Source: Nitrosopumilus sp. (lineage in GTDB: Archaea > Thermoproteota > Nitrososphaeria > Nitrososphaerales > Nitrosopumilaceae). Taken from it: a DNA stretch of 64,000 bases. The first letter of the stretch is position 1. The number at the start of each line of letters is the position of its first letter. This document shows positions 1 through 10,073 of the stretch, piece after piece. The stretch is from the NCBI GenBank assembly GCA_965207075.1, contig CBDBLO010000002.1, positions 96,001-160,000 on the forward strand, written 5' to 3'. Below the pieces are notes generated by a model that searched no databases, was not told the origin of the DNA, and was given only the letters and a program-made list of their open reading frames with translations. A program made the position numbers and the translations under genes.

Positions 1-792
1 GCAGCGGAGGGGCTGCTGGCGCACGGAAGGGGCGAGGCGCTCGACTATCTGCTCGGCGAGGAGACCGGCGGGGCGGCCAGGCAGGCGTGCAGGGCGGCCG
101 CGGCCGCGCTGTGCGCGTCGGACAGGCCGGTCATATCGGTAAACGGAAACGCGGCCGCGCTGTGCGCGGAGCAGCTTGTATCGCTTGCAGAGTGCACGGG
201 ATCCGCGCTGGAGGTGAACCTGTTTTATGACAGCCCCGGGCGGAGGGGCGCGATAGCGGGGCGCCTGCGACAATACGGCGCCAAAAGGGTGCTGGGACTT
301 GACCCGGAGAGAATGGCCGTGCTGCGCGGGACGGACTCTGCGCGCAGGATGGTCGACAGGGACGGAATCTTCGCGGCCGACACGGTGGTGGTGCCGCTTG
401 AGGACGGGGACCGCACTGCCGCGCTCAAGCGGGCGGGCAAGACGGTCATCACGTTTGATCTCAACCCGCTGTCCAGGACCGCGCAGGCCGCGGACATCAG
501 CATAATAGACAACATCACGAGGGCGATAGACGTGCTCTTGGAGGAGTGCCGGAATCTTGCAGGGGAGGGCGGCGGTGACGACCGCGGCGGCGGTAGAGGA
601 GGCGGCAAGGCGGCGGCCCGGATTGCGCGAGACTTTGACAACGAGTGGAACCTAGCGCAGGCAGTGCGCCAGATCACCGGCAATCTGGGCCGCCTGCAGG
701 GCGTGCGGGCGGCGGCAAGCGGCAGCGGCGCAGCTGCCACGGCCGCCACGGCTCCCGCCGCCATTACGGCGCACGGCCCACAACCGGAGTGA
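1..792 (+). CDS. 4-phosphopantoate--beta-alanine ligase (archaeal phosphopantothenate synthetase), 5'-truncated by window edge
   Basis: Frame open from base 1. Motifs AHGRGEALDY, ISVNGN, VVVPLEDGDRT, DLNPLSRTAQAA. Sits upstream of panB and coaBC. Confidence 0.9.
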   Translation, partial: AAEGLLAHGRGEALDYLLGEETGGAARQACRAAAAALCASDRPVISVNGNAAALCAEQLVSLAECTGSALEVNLFYDSPGRRGAIAGRLRQYGAKRVLGLDPERMAVLRGTDSARRMVDRDGIFAADTVVVPLEDGDRTAALKRAGKTVITFDLNPLSRTAQAADISIIDNITRAIDVLLEECRNLAGEGGGDDRGGGRGGGKAAARIARDFDNEWNLAQAVRQITGNLGRLQGVRAAASGSGAAATAATAPAAITAHGPQPE

Positions 793-810
793 CCGGCCGG
801 GAACAGGACG

Positions 811-1704
811 GTGGACGCGGTGGCAGGATCCAGAAACGGCAATGGCGGCAAAAGGATTACGATCCGCGACATTGCAGAAAAGAAGAGGCGCCAAGAGCGC
901 ATCTCTGTGGTTACGAGCTACGACTATGCCCTCGCGTCCCTGTGCGACGGGGCGGGCGCCGACATCCTGATGGTCGGCGACAGCGCCGGGATGGTCATGC
1001 TCGGGTACGAGAACACGGTCCCGGTCACGATGGAGGAGATGTGCATGTTCACCGGGGCGGTGGGCCGCGCAAGAAAGAGATCGTTCATAGTGTCCGACCT
1101 GCCGTTCATGTCGTACCAGACGGGCGTATCCGACGCCATTGCAAACGCGGGCCGCCTGGTCAGGGCGGGCGCCGACGCGGTAAAGCTGGAGGGCGGCGCC
1201 GAGATGGCGTCAAAGGTAAGGGGCATAACGGACGCCGGCATCCCGGTCATGGGACACATAGGGCTGCGGCCCCAGACGGCGGGGCTTGCCGGCGGATACA
1301 GGGTGCAGGGCAGGACAGCCGCGGAGGCCCGCAGGCTGCTTGACGACGCGGCGGCCTTGGAGGAGGCAGGCGCCTTTTCGGTGGTGCTGGAGCTCGTGAC
1401 GCGCCAGGCCGCAAAGGCCGTTACAGAAGGGATCTCCATACCCACCATCGGGATAGGCTCGGGCCCCGGATGCGACGGCCAGGTGCTCGTCATACACGAC
1501 ATGCTGGGGATGTACGACGCGATAAAGCCAAAGTTTGCAAAGAGATACCGCAACCTGTCAGACGAGATCGCAGGTGCGGTGTCCTCCTATGTGGGCGACG
1601 TCACAGGCGGCGTATTTCCCGCACGAGAGAACTGTTTTGAGATGGACGAGATCGAGTGCGGCAGGCTGGCAGAGGATTTGGAGAAAGGGCGGACACCAAC
1701 GTGA
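811..1704 (+). CDS. panB: 3-methyl-2-oxobutanoate hydroxymethyltransferase
   Basis: TSYDY, ILMVGDSAGMVMLGY, SDLPFMSY, VKLEGG, GHIGLRPQ, IGIGSG..CDGQVLVIHD. Confidence 0.97.
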   Translation: MDAVAGSRNGNGGKRITIRDIAEKKRRQERISVVTSYDYALASLCDGAGADILMVGDSAGMVMLGYENTVPVTMEEMCMFTGAVGRARKRSFIVSDLPFMSYQTGVSDAIANAGRLVRAGADAVKLEGGAEMASKVRGITDAGIPVMGHIGLRPQTAGLAGGYRVQGRTAAEARRLLDDAAALEEAGAFSVVLELVTRQAAKAVTEGISIPTIGIGSGPGCDGQVLVIHDMLGMYDAIKPKFAKRYRNLSDEIAGAVSSYVGDVTGGVFPARENCFEMDEIECGRLAEDLEKGRTPT

Positions 1705-3113
1705 CCGGACATGTAGAGAGGAGAGGAGAAGGAACGGCGGCAAGAGATAGGCGCGGGGCAGGTAGGCCCGGTGGTGGTGGTAGTAACAGTAATAGCAAAA
1801 ACAGCGGCAAAAAAAGAAGTCGCGGCAGGCGGAAGGGAGAGGTCAGGCACCCGTCCCTTGACATCGTATCGTCGGACGGCCGCGAGCTGCGCGGAAAGAG
1901 GATCGTCCTCTGCATCGCGGGCAGCGTGGCGGCCTACAAGGCGATAGAGCTTGCAAGGCTCCTGATGAGGCACGGGTGCAGCAGCGTCACCTGCGTGGCC
2001 ACAAAGGCCGCGACCAGGCTGATCCGCCCCGCGTACCTCAAGTGGGCCACCGGAAACGACGTGATAACCGACCTGACAGGCGACATGGAGCACATAAGGC
2101 TTGCAGACTACGGCAGGTCCGACATCGTAGTCGTGTATCCGGCCACGGCCAACACGATAGGCAGGCTCGCAAACGGGATGGACGACGCCCCCGTGTCCAC
2201 CGTGCTGACCGTCGCGCTCGGCTCAAAGATTCCAATCGTGGTATGCCCCGCCATGCACGAGTCGATGTACGAGAACCCGGCGGTCCTGCGGAACATCGAC
2301 TTTCTGAGCAAGAGGAGAGGTGTCTCGTTTGTCGGGCCCCAGATGACGGAGGGAAAGGCAAAGGCGCCCGAGCCGGAGCACGTGCTTGGCCACGTGATCT
2401 CGAGGTTCGGCCCCCCAGAGTCCCCGCTCAGGGGCGCGCGCGTGCTGCTGACTGCGGGCCCCACCATAGAATTTGTGGATCCGGTGCGCGTGATCTCAAA
2501 CGTCAGCTCGGGCAGAACCGGGGTGCTTTTGGGGGCTGAGCTTGCGGCGGCGGGCGCCCGCGTCACCATGGTGTATGGCCCCGGAACGCACGAGCCGCCC
2601 AAGGGCGTCAAGACGACCAGGGTGGAGACGGGCGCCGAGATGCGCTCCGCGGTGCGCTCCGCGCTCGGGGGCGCGAGGTTCGACGTCATTGTAATGGCCG
2701 CGGCCGTATCCGACTATGCGCCCGTCAGGCGGCGGCGCACAAAAATAAAGAGCGGCGGCGGATCAGGCGGGCTCACGATCAGGCTCAGGCGCGCGCCCAA
2801 GATCATCGGCATGGCAAGGAGGATGCAGAGGGACGCGCTATTGGTCGGGTTCAAGGCCGAGGCCGACGTGTCCAGGGTGGCCCTGATAAGGTCTGCGCGC
2901 GCCAGCATGGCGGAGTCGGGCGCGGATCTCGTGGTTGCAAACGACGTCGGATCAGAGTACAAAAGGAGGCCCGGCTCGAACAACGTCATAGTGGTGTCGC
3001 CGTCATCCGAGTCAGAGTCCGGATGGCGCAAAAAGGAGGCGGTGGCCGGATTCATCAGGAGGGCGATAGAGGCGGAGCTTGCGGCGTCAGCGGCCGAGCA
3101 GGCGGGGGTGTAG
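1701..3113 (+). CDS. coaBC: bifunctional phosphopantothenoylcysteine decarboxylase / phosphopantothenate-cysteine ligase
   Basis: GSVAAYKA, PATANTIG, PAMHESMY, TAGPT.E.VDPVRVISNVSSG, AAVSDY, GFKAE, VANDV. Start uncertain; GTG at 1701 overlaps the panB stop. Confidence 0.95.
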   Translation: MTGHVERRGEGTAARDRRGAGRPGGGGSNSNSKNSGKKRSRGRRKGEVRHPSLDIVSSDGRELRGKRIVLCIAGSVAAYKAIELARLLMRHGCSSVTCVATKAATRLIRPAYLKWATGNDVITDLTGDMEHIRLADYGRSDIVVVYPATANTIGRLANGMDDAPVSTVLTVALGSKIPIVVCPAMHESMYENPAVLRNIDFLSKRRGVSFVGPQMTEGKAKAPEPEHVLGHVISRFGPPESPLRGARVLLTAGPTIEFVDPVRVISNVSSGRTGVLLGAELAAAGARVTMVYGPGTHEPPKGVKTTRVETGAEMRSAVRSALGGARFDVIVMAAAVSDYAPVRRRRTKIKSGGGSGGLTIRLRRAPKIIGMARRMQRDALLVGFKAEADVSRVALIRSARASMAESGADLVVANDVGSEYKRRPGSNNVIVVSPSSESESGWRKKEAVAGFIRRAIEAELAASAAEQAGV

Positions 3114-3117
3114 CCAC

Positions 3118-3957
3118 ATGGGTGCGGAGGAGGGATACAAGAAGAGAAACATGGAGGCGTGGAACGAGCTGGCCCCCAAGTACCACAGGCGGTGGGCAAA
3201 CAGGGTGGACGGGCCCCTGCAGAGCACCGCGAGCCTGATCAGGGACGTCGGGATCGCGGAGGGCGACGCGGTGCTCGACGTGGCGTGCGGGACCGGCTTT
3301 GTCACAAGAATGCTCGTCCCGGCCGTAGGCGACTCCGGGCTGGTCGTCGGGGCCGACGCGTCCGCCTCTGCAATCAGGATAGCCAGGAGGGGGAACAGAA
3401 AAGCTCTGTTCGTGAACGCGGACGCCGAGAACCTGTCGTTTGCAAGAAGGTTCGATGTAGTTACGTGCCAGTACGCGCTGTTCTTCTTTCCCGACGCCCC
3501 GAGGGCCCTGAGGGGGATGAGGAGGAGCCTCAAGGCGTCGGGCAGGGTGGGCATAGTGGTGCACGGGGGCAGGGACAGGGTGCCGTATTACGGCGCGATA
3601 TTCGACGCCGCTGCAAAGTACATACCCGACTACGTCCCGGAGGGGACGCCCCAGCTTGACAGGTACTCCACCAAGGGCAAGCTCGGTGCGGAGGTAAGGC
3701 GCGCCGGATTCTCAGAGGTGTCGGTCAGGGAGCGCACGTTCCAGTACAGCCCCGGCACGTTTGAGGACTACTGGAGGGGCTACCTGAGGTACGTGGCCAA
3801 GCCCATCAGGGCAAAGATCGACGCCCTGGGACGCGCGGAGAGGAGGGAGTTCGTCGAGGAGGTGCGGCGCAACGCCGAGCCGTATGCCGACCGGGACAGC
3901 GGCGGTGGCGTCATAACGTTTCCCTGGCAGGTTTTGATACTGACGGCGATGCGTTGA
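3118..3957 (+). CDS. class I SAM-dependent methyltransferase (UbiE-like)
   Basis: VLDVACGTG motif I, ADAENL, FDVVTC. ATG at 3118 lies just after the coaBC stop. Confidence 0.88.
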   Translation: MGAEEGYKKRNMEAWNELAPKYHRRWANRVDGPLQSTASLIRDVGIAEGDAVLDVACGTGFVTRMLVPAVGDSGLVVGADASASAIRIARRGNRKALFVNADAENLSFARRFDVVTCQYALFFFPDAPRALRGMRRSLKASGRVGIVVHGGRDRVPYYGAIFDAAAKYIPDYVPEGTPQLDRYSTKGKLGAEVRRAGFSEVSVRERTFQYSPGTFEDYWRGYLRYVAKPIRAKIDALGRAERREFVEEVRRNAEPYADRDSGGGVITFPWQVLILTAMR

Positions 3958-3980
3958 TAACACGGGGCCGCCTTACGGGT

Positions 3981-4514
3981 ATGATGGCCAGGGACAAGCG
4001 CAAGAAAGCCAGGGGTTCAGACAAGGGCGGCGCAAAGCCCCCGGGTTCCTCGGACTCTAGCTTCAAGGCGTTCCTCAAAAAGCGGGCCCCCATATACCTC
4101 GGACTGCTGGCGCTCTTTCTGGTGTTTGTAGTACCGGAGCTCACAAAGGGCAGCCTCAATGATGTGATGCCCGAACTGGAGGCAGGCGACGCGCGCGTGG
4201 TCGACATGCTGATGTCGTACAGAGGGCCCGACGGCTCGGGGTTCAGCATGGGGGAGGCCATATCAGACAGGATCACCGAAGAGTTCGGCGACAGGATCTA
4301 CGGCCACAAGGAGACCGCGGTCACTGTAGTGGTGAGCGCGGCCGACGACGGGGGGGCGGCGGCAGAAAAAGAGGCATACGACGTCGAGTTTGGGATCGAC
4401 ACGCACGAGGGCCAGCTCCGCTACACGTGGACAGTCGACGCCGGCTCCGGTACAGTGACGTCCGACGACCCGCCCTCAAGGCACGTGGTGGACGTCGTCA
4501 ACTTTTACGACTGA
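3981..4514 (+). CDS. hypothetical single-pass membrane protein
   Basis: Basic N-terminus, one TM helix (IYLGLLALFLVFVVP), acidic soluble domain. Confidence 0.7.
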   Translation: MMARDKRKKARGSDKGGAKPPGSSDSSFKAFLKKRAPIYLGLLALFLVFVVPELTKGSLNDVMPELEAGDARVVDMLMSYRGPDGSGFSMGEAISDRITEEFGDRIYGHKETAVTVVVSAADDGGAAAEKEAYDVEFGIDTHEGQLRYTWTVDAGSGTVTSDDPPSRHVVDVVNFYD

Positions 4515-4519
4515 CCGGA

Positions 4520-5623
4520 TCATACCGTGACAAGATCCTTTGTGAACCTGTGCAGCACGCCGGGCGCCTGTCCCGGCCCCCGGATCACAAGCGAGTCCTC
4601 TATCCTGACACCGAACCTGCCCGGCAGATAGATTCCCGGCTCGACTGTTATCGCCATTCCCCTGCGAAGCCTCGTCGCAACGTTCCTGGAGACGGCGGGA
4701 AGCTCGTGCACCTCCAGTCCTATGCCGTGGCCCGTGGAGTGCACAAAGTATCTGCCGTACCCCTGCCGCTCTATGTACGAGCGGCACACGGCATCCACGC
4801 TGCCGCACGCGGCGCCGGCCCTGGCCGCTGCTAGCCCGAGCCGCTGCGACTCCCGCACTATATCGTACACGTTCTGCGCCTCCTCGGAGGCGGGCCTCCC
4901 CACCGCAAACGTGCGGGTCGCGTCAGAGACGTATCCCTTGTACCTCAGGGTCAGGTCCACCACGACCATGTCGCCCCTCCTGAACCTACGCCGCGAGACC
5001 TGGGCGTGGGGGAGCGCGCCGTTGGGGCCCCCCGCTACTATGAGCGGGTTCAGCGTGGAGGAGTATCCCACGTCAAACGCGCCCTGCGCGGCGGCCTCGG
5101 CCATCAGGACGGCCTGCAGCTCGGACTCGCGCTGCCCCGCCCTCATCCTCTGCGAGCATACCTCAAACAGGCCGTCTATGATCCGGGAGGCCCTTCTCAG
5201 GACCGCAATCTCAGACGGATCCTTTACCATCCGGGACGCGTCAAACGGCTCCTCGGTCTGTATGATCTTTGGGACCGCCCTCTTGAGGTACGTCATGGTC
5301 CGGTAGTCCCGGCAGTCGGTGCACGTGCCGCCGCCGCCGGCGCCGTCCCGGCGTCCGGCCCTTGCCACCCTTGCCGCGGTCGACGCAATCCCGCGCATGC
5401 CGCGCTCGGCCACCACGACCTCGCAGCCGCCGGACTCGGACTCGGCCCTGGCCGCCTCCAGCTCGGGGGACACGATGACGGGCTTCTGCCCCCTCTGCAG
5501 TACGGCCGCGGCTTCCCCCCAAAAGCCCGTCATGTAGGATATGTTCTCGGGCCTAAACGCAATCAGCGTGTCAAACTTCATCCTGCTGGCACTCCTCAGG
5601 AGTGACCCGTACCTTGCGCCCAC
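4520..5623 (-). CDS. Xaa-Pro aminopeptidase / prolidase (M24)
   Basis: DLTLRYKGYVSDATRT, HSTGHGIGLEVHE, TVEPGIY, GVRIED. Probable GTG start at 5623. Confidence 0.93.
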   Translation of the reverse strand: MGARYGSLLRSASRMKFDTLIAFRPENISYMTGFWGEAAAVLQRGQKPVIVSPELEAARAESESGGCEVVVAERGMRGIASTAARVARAGRRDGAGGGGTCTDCRDYRTMTYLKRAVPKIIQTEEPFDASRMVKDPSEIAVLRRASRIIDGLFEVCSQRMRAGQRESELQAVLMAEAAAQGAFDVGYSSTLNPLIVAGGPNGALPHAQVSRRRFRRGDMVVVDLTLRYKGYVSDATRTFAVGRPASEEAQNVYDIVRESQRLGLAAARAGAACGSVDAVCRSYIERQGYGRYFVHSTGHGIGLEVHELPAVSRNVATRLRRGMAITVEPGIYLPGRFGVRIEDSLVIRGPGQAPGVLHRFTKDLVTV

Positions 5624-5725
5624 ACGGGGGCGCAGATACCAAACCGTATTAACCTTGAGATGGCGGGGCGCGGCCGGACTACGGAAAACCAAAGTCTGTA
5701 TAAGGGGCCGGTATGTCGCGCATAC

Positions 5726-6895
5726 ATGTCAGATATGATGGCGGCAAGGCGCGAGGGCGGCGGCAACGGCGCGGGCCCCGCAGCATATGAGCCAGGCGCA
5801 GGGGAGAGCAGGAGTGGGAATGCGCAGGATAAGAAGGAGAAGAAAAAGGTGGTAGCCCTGCTCTCGGGTGGCCTTGACAGCCAGCTGGCAGTCAGGATGA
5901 TGCAGGAGCGGGGCTTTGAGGTCTCGGCCGTGGCCATCAAGACGCCCTTTTGCGACTTTGACTGCGGCAGGGGATGCGGCTTTGAGATCAGGGAGAGGGC
6001 CGACGACCTCAACGTGGACCTCAAGACCGTATACCTGGGCGACGAGTACGTCGAGATGCTAAAGAACCCCAAGTACGGGAGGGGGGCCGGATTCAACCCG
6101 TGCATAGACTGCCGCGCAATGATGTTCGGGGCCGCAAAAAAGCGCATGGAGGAGATCGGCGCCGAGTTTGTGATATCAGGGGAGGTCCTGGGCCAGAGGC
6201 CCATGAGCCAGCACGGCCCCGCGCTAAGGACTATAGAGAAGGAGTCGCGCCTGGAGGGCAAGATCGTAAGGCCCCTCTCGGCCGCGCTGCTTCCCGCGAC
6301 CGACCCGGAGAGGGACGGCCTCATAAGGCGCGAGGACATGGGAACGATAAGGGGCCGCACGAGAAGGGCCCAGCTGAGGATGGCCGAGCAGTACGCGATA
6401 GAGGATCCCCCCAACGCCGGCGGGGGGTGCCTGCTGACCGACCCGCAGTTTGGCCGCAAGACCAGGGACCTGTTTGACCACACGGAGACGCCGACCATAA
6501 ACGACATCGACCTGCTAAAGGTCGGCAGGCACTTTAGGTTCGACGAGATGACAAAGCTTGTGACTGGCCGCAACAAGGACGAGAACGGGGTCATATCCGC
6601 GCTGGCGCTGCCCGGCGACGTGCTCCTAGAGGCAAGGGACCACATGGGGCCCGTGTCGGTCATACGCGGCGACTCGAACGGTGGCGCAATAACTGACTAT
6701 CACGTATCGCTTGCCGCGTCCATCACGCTGCGGTACTCTGACGCGCCAAAGGACCAGGACGCGAAGTGGGCCGTAACCGTCAGGAGGGTGCGCGGCGGCA
6801 GGGAAAACGGCGACGACGATCCCGCGGCCGCAGAGCGCGTCGTACACGCGGGGCCGGCGGCAGACGAGTCATACGCCAGGTTCAGGATTAAATAA
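5726..6895 (+). CDS. ThiI-like PP-loop tRNA thiolation protein with C-terminal DUF814-like region
   Basis: LLSGGLDS PP-loop, NPCIDCR, SGEVLGQRPMSQ, GGCLLTD, GRHFR, GRNKDEN. Confidence 0.85.
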   Translation: MSDMMAARREGGGNGAGPAAYEPGAGESRSGNAQDKKEKKKVVALLSGGLDSQLAVRMMQERGFEVSAVAIKTPFCDFDCGRGCGFEIRERADDLNVDLKTVYLGDEYVEMLKNPKYGRGAGFNPCIDCRAMMFGAAKKRMEEIGAEFVISGEVLGQRPMSQHGPALRTIEKESRLEGKIVRPLSAALLPATDPERDGLIRREDMGTIRGRTRRAQLRMAEQYAIEDPPNAGGGCLLTDPQFGRKTRDLFDHTETPTINDIDLLKVGRHFRFDEMTKLVTGRNKDENGVISALALPGDVLLEARDHMGPVSVIRGDSNGGAITDYHVSLAASITLRYSDAPKDQDAKWAVTVRRVRGGRENGDDDPAAAERVVHAGPAADESYARFRIK

Positions 6896-6956
6896 TGCGT
6901 CAGGCAGGCAGGCACAGCTTTGTATATAAAGAAAGTTTTTGAGTGAGAGGATGTAA

Positions 6957-7244
6957 TTGAAGAGTGTGCAAAAGCATGACAGCCCCACGTACCTCAAGGC
7001 GATGACCATAAGGGACCCAAGCGACATACACGGCATCAAGGAGGACATCAAGAGGGACATGATACTGATACTGCGCGTCACGCCGCTGGCGCAAAAGGAC
7101 GTGGCGCAGCTGCGGGGCACCGTCGAGGAGCTGTACGCCGTGGCAAAGGCGGCCGGGGCCGACATTGCAAGGCTGGGCGAGGAGCGCATCATAGTGGCGC
7201 CGGCCGGCATAAAGATCTGGAAGCCAGAGTACGACCTAAAATAG
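6957..7244 (+). CDS. sepF: SepF-family (DUF552) protein
   Basis: 95 aa ending GADIARLGEERIIVAPAGIKIW. TATA-like TATATAAA at about 6923-6930. Confidence 0.75.
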   Translation: MKSVQKHDSPTYLKAMTIRDPSDIHGIKEDIKRDMILILRVTPLAQKDVAQLRGTVEELYAVAKAAGADIARLGEERIIVAPAGIKIWKPEYDLK

Positions 7245-9182
7245 CCTGATCGACTCTTGTATCTGCGGGTTGTGCGCGGGCAGCCTAAAGCTGCGGCGTA
7301 TGCTGGTCGCCAGGTTCTCGGACTTTTTGCGCTCGCCGTGGTTTACAAGCACCCTCCTCAGCTTGGGGCGCAGGCGCTGCACGAACGCCATCAGCTGGTT
7401 GTAGTCGCTGTGCCCGCTGAACCCGTCAAGCTTCTCGACACTGCAGTCGATGTTGACCACCTCGACCTTGCCGCCCCTGCCCACCATCGTAACCTGCCTT
7501 GAGCCGTCAAGGACGCGGCGGCCCATGGTGCCGTTGACCTGGTAGGACACGAAGAGCATCTTGTTGTTCTTGCCCGGCGCTATGTTCCTAAAGTATTCGA
7601 GCACGGGCCCGCCCTCGAGCATTCCGGACGTGGCGAGTATGATGCACGGCGAGTCCTCGCGGAGCGGCTCGTCCCTGTCGTCGGCGTGCTCTATGTTGGT
7701 AAAGTACTCCGAGTCAAACGGGTTGTCGTCAGTCTCCAGTATCTTCTGCTTTAGCTCGCGCGCCAAATACTCGGGGTACGACTCGTGTATCGCAGACGCC
7801 TCGGATATCATCCCTTCCGTGAACACGGGCGCCTCTACCATCTCGCCGGACTTCATGTAGTGGTCTATCACCATCATGATCTCCTGGGCGCGCCCCACGG
7901 CCGGTATCGGTATGAGCACCTTGCCCCCGTCGGCAAGCGTGTTGTTCACGGCGTTGATGAACGCGGACTCGACCTCCTGCCTGCTGGGCTGCACGTCCTC
8001 GCGGAGGCCGTACGTGCTCTCTATCAGCAGGGTCTCGGCGCGCGGGAACCGGTAGTCGGCCGCCTCGAACAGTATGGACTTGCCGAACTTTAGGTCGCCG
8101 GAGTACACAAAGTTGTGCTCGCCGTTGCCGATGTGGAAGTGGCACAGGGCCGACCCGAGGATGTGCCCCGCGTTTGCAAGGACCAGCTTGATGTCCGGCG
8201 AGATGTCGGTGACGGTCCCGTACGGGAGCGTGATTGCCTGACGCATGACCTGCTTTACGTCGCGCTCGGAGTATATCGGCAGGCGCCCCTGCGCCGCCGC
8301 CACCTTGATTGCGTCAAGCTGTATCAGGTTCATCATGGGCAGGGTGGGCTCGGTGCAGTATATGGGGCCCCTGTACCCGTACTTGCACAGCACGGGCAGG
8401 AATCCCGTGTGGTCGAGGTGGGCGTGCCCGATCACCACCGCGTCCAGGTCGTCGAGGGTCATGGCAAGCGAGTCGAGCCTCGGGTACGCGTCCATCGGCG
8501 AGCGGGCGCCGGGGTTGATCCCGCAGTCAAGCAGTATCTTGCTCTCCTGCGTGGACAAAAGCATGCAGGAGCGCCCCACCTGCCCGAAGCCGCCGAGCGT
8601 ATGCAGCGTAACCTCGGTGCGCTGCGAGAGGCGGGGCCTGAATATCTCGTCGCCGACCTGCTTTAGCTGCCTGCTGCGCTCGGCCGACGACTGCTTTAGC
8701 GTGGCGTTTATCATCTGCACCGTGCGCGACTGTATCGTGGTGGACTTGCGTATGCGCAGCCGCCACCCGATCTTCTCGGTCACGTCCGTGTGGTCAAACT
8801 CCCTTGCGTTGCGCTGCAGGAGCCAGGGGCGCTTTGCCTCTATGGAGACCTCGCCGGTGGCGGTGTCAAATATGGTGCCCTGGAGCCCGGCCTCCTCCGG
8901 GACGCACTTGGCTATCATCTTGCGGGCCTCGTCCTCGGGCTTGCGTATGGAGTCCGTGGTCCTGATCACGATGCGCTTCTTTATGATGTTGACCAGCCTC
9001 GAGATGCGCTCGCTGTTCTCCATCAGGAACCGCGGCGTGTTGGTGTACAGCGCGATGCGCGGCCCCTCGTACTCGATCTTCGTGACGTTCGCGTCCTTGG
9101 GTATGCTCTGCAGTATGGTCGCCATGATGCTCTGGCTGCTCGGGGGCGGTTCCCTGGGTGGTGACTGTTGCCTTCTTTGCAT
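7236..9182 (-). CDS. fttA: beta-CASP ribonuclease aCPSF1 / transcription termination factor FttA
   Basis: N-terminal KH region (EYEGP), LGGFGQVGRSC, HAHLDH, AGHILGS, ESTYG, GFSGHSD, NHGE. Adjacent to psmB as is typical in archaea. Confidence 0.95.
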   Translation of the reverse strand: MQRRQQSPPREPPPSSQSIMATILQSIPKDANVTKIEYEGPRIALYTNTPRFLMENSERISRLVNIIKKRIVIRTTDSIRKPEDEARKMIAKCVPEEAGLQGTIFDTATGEVSIEAKRPWLLQRNAREFDHTDVTEKIGWRLRIRKSTTIQSRTVQMINATLKQSSAERSRQLKQVGDEIFRPRLSQRTEVTLHTLGGFGQVGRSCMLLSTQESKILLDCGINPGARSPMDAYPRLDSLAMTLDDLDAVVIGHAHLDHTGFLPVLCKYGYRGPIYCTEPTLPMMNLIQLDAIKVAAAQGRLPIYSERDVKQVMRQAITLPYGTVTDISPDIKLVLANAGHILGSALCHFHIGNGEHNFVYSGDLKFGKSILFEAADYRFPRAETLLIESTYGLREDVQPSRQEVESAFINAVNNTLADGGKVLIPIPAVGRAQEIMMVIDHYMKSGEMVEAPVFTEGMISEASAIHESYPEYLARELKQKILETDDNPFDSEYFTNIEHADDRDEPLREDSPCIILATSGMLEGGPVLEYFRNIAPGKNNKMLFVSYQVNGTMGRRVLDGSRQVTMVGRGGKVEVVNIDCSVEKLDGFSGHSDYNQLMAFVQRLRPKLRRVLVNHGERKKSENLATSIRRSFRLPAHNPQIQESIRLF

Positions 9183-9189
9183 TATATCA

Positions 9190-9882
9190 CTAGAGTTTGA
9201 TTACTGCCTTCTTCTGCTCGTCGGTCAGGAGCCGGAACCCGCCGCTGTCCATCACGGCCAAGTTGATTCCGTCGCCAGTCCCGATGTTTCTCACTATCGC
9301 GGCCCTGACCGCCCTGAGGGCGATCGTCTTGGCTTCCGATACCGTAATGTCCGGCGAATACTCGTCCTCCAGCAGCCCGTACGCTACGGGCGAGCCGCTG
9401 CCCGTCGTAACGTACGGCTTTGGCTCGACGGAGCCGAACATGTCTATGTTGAAGAGCGCCGGCCCCTCCGAGTCGTCGTATCCGCCCACCAGTATGTCCG
9501 CGATGAACGGATAGCCGCGGTTCTGGTGGAATATCAGCGAGCAGAGGCGGGCAAGCGAGTTTATCCCTATGGGGGAGCCGTCCCTCTCCACCCTGTGCAG
9601 CCCGGCGTGGTACCTCAGTATGTCCACTATGTTCTGGGCGTCGGCCACGCCGCCGGCAAGGGTCAGCCCGGCGTGGTCGTCTATCTTCTGGATCTTCATG
9701 GTGTTGTTGTTGGCAATGAAATAGCCTGCCGAGGCCCTCATGTCTGCGCAGAGCACCACCCCGTCACTGGCCCTGATGCCCACGGTGGTGGTACCATGCA
9801 GTATCTTGTTTTCAATGTTGGCCCTTGACAAAAAAGCACCTGTCTCGTGCACGTTTTGGCCTTTTAAATAACTATCCGCCAA
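9190..9882 (-). CDS. psmB: proteasome beta subunit
   Basis: Propeptide followed by HG/TTTVGI catalytic Thr, ADMRASAG, GGVADAQ, TGSGS. Confidence 0.96.
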   Translation of the reverse strand: MADSYLKGQNVHETGAFLSRANIENKILHGTTTVGIRASDGVVLCADMRASAGYFIANNNTMKIQKIDDHAGLTLAGGVADAQNIVDILRYHAGLHRVERDGSPIGINSLARLCSLIFHQNRGYPFIADILVGGYDDSEGPALFNIDMFGSVEPKPYVTTGSGSPVAYGLLEDEYSPDITVSEAKTIALRAVRAAIVRNIGTGDGINLAVMDSGGFRLLTDEQKKAVIKL

Positions 9883-9912
9883 GCCGGTAGGCGGAAATGT
9901 GCCCTCTTAGGC

Positions 9913-9981
9913 GGAACTACTTGCACTATCGACATTTGATATGATCATACATAGGCACATATTAAAGGTGGAACTACTTGC
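9913..9981. promoter_or_regulatory. 12-bp direct repeat GGAACTACTTGC upstream of psmB
   Basis: Exact copies at 9913-9924 and 9970-9981 flank an AT-rich spacer. Regulatory role is inferred. Confidence 0.35.
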
Positions 9982-10073
9982 CGGGCAAGCCAGCGCAGTA
10001 ATGCATCCCATCGGCATTTCAAGACAGATCGCCGCCGCGTTGGATCCGTGTCCGGAGCCGCCAACCTAGGGCG

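Noticed and set aside
8245-9828. 527-aa plus-strand ORF, and many other long antisense ORFs such as 55385-56620 and 27638-28867
   Set aside because: These are shadow frames of well-supported opposite-strand genes, expected in high-GC DNA, with no recognisable motifs.
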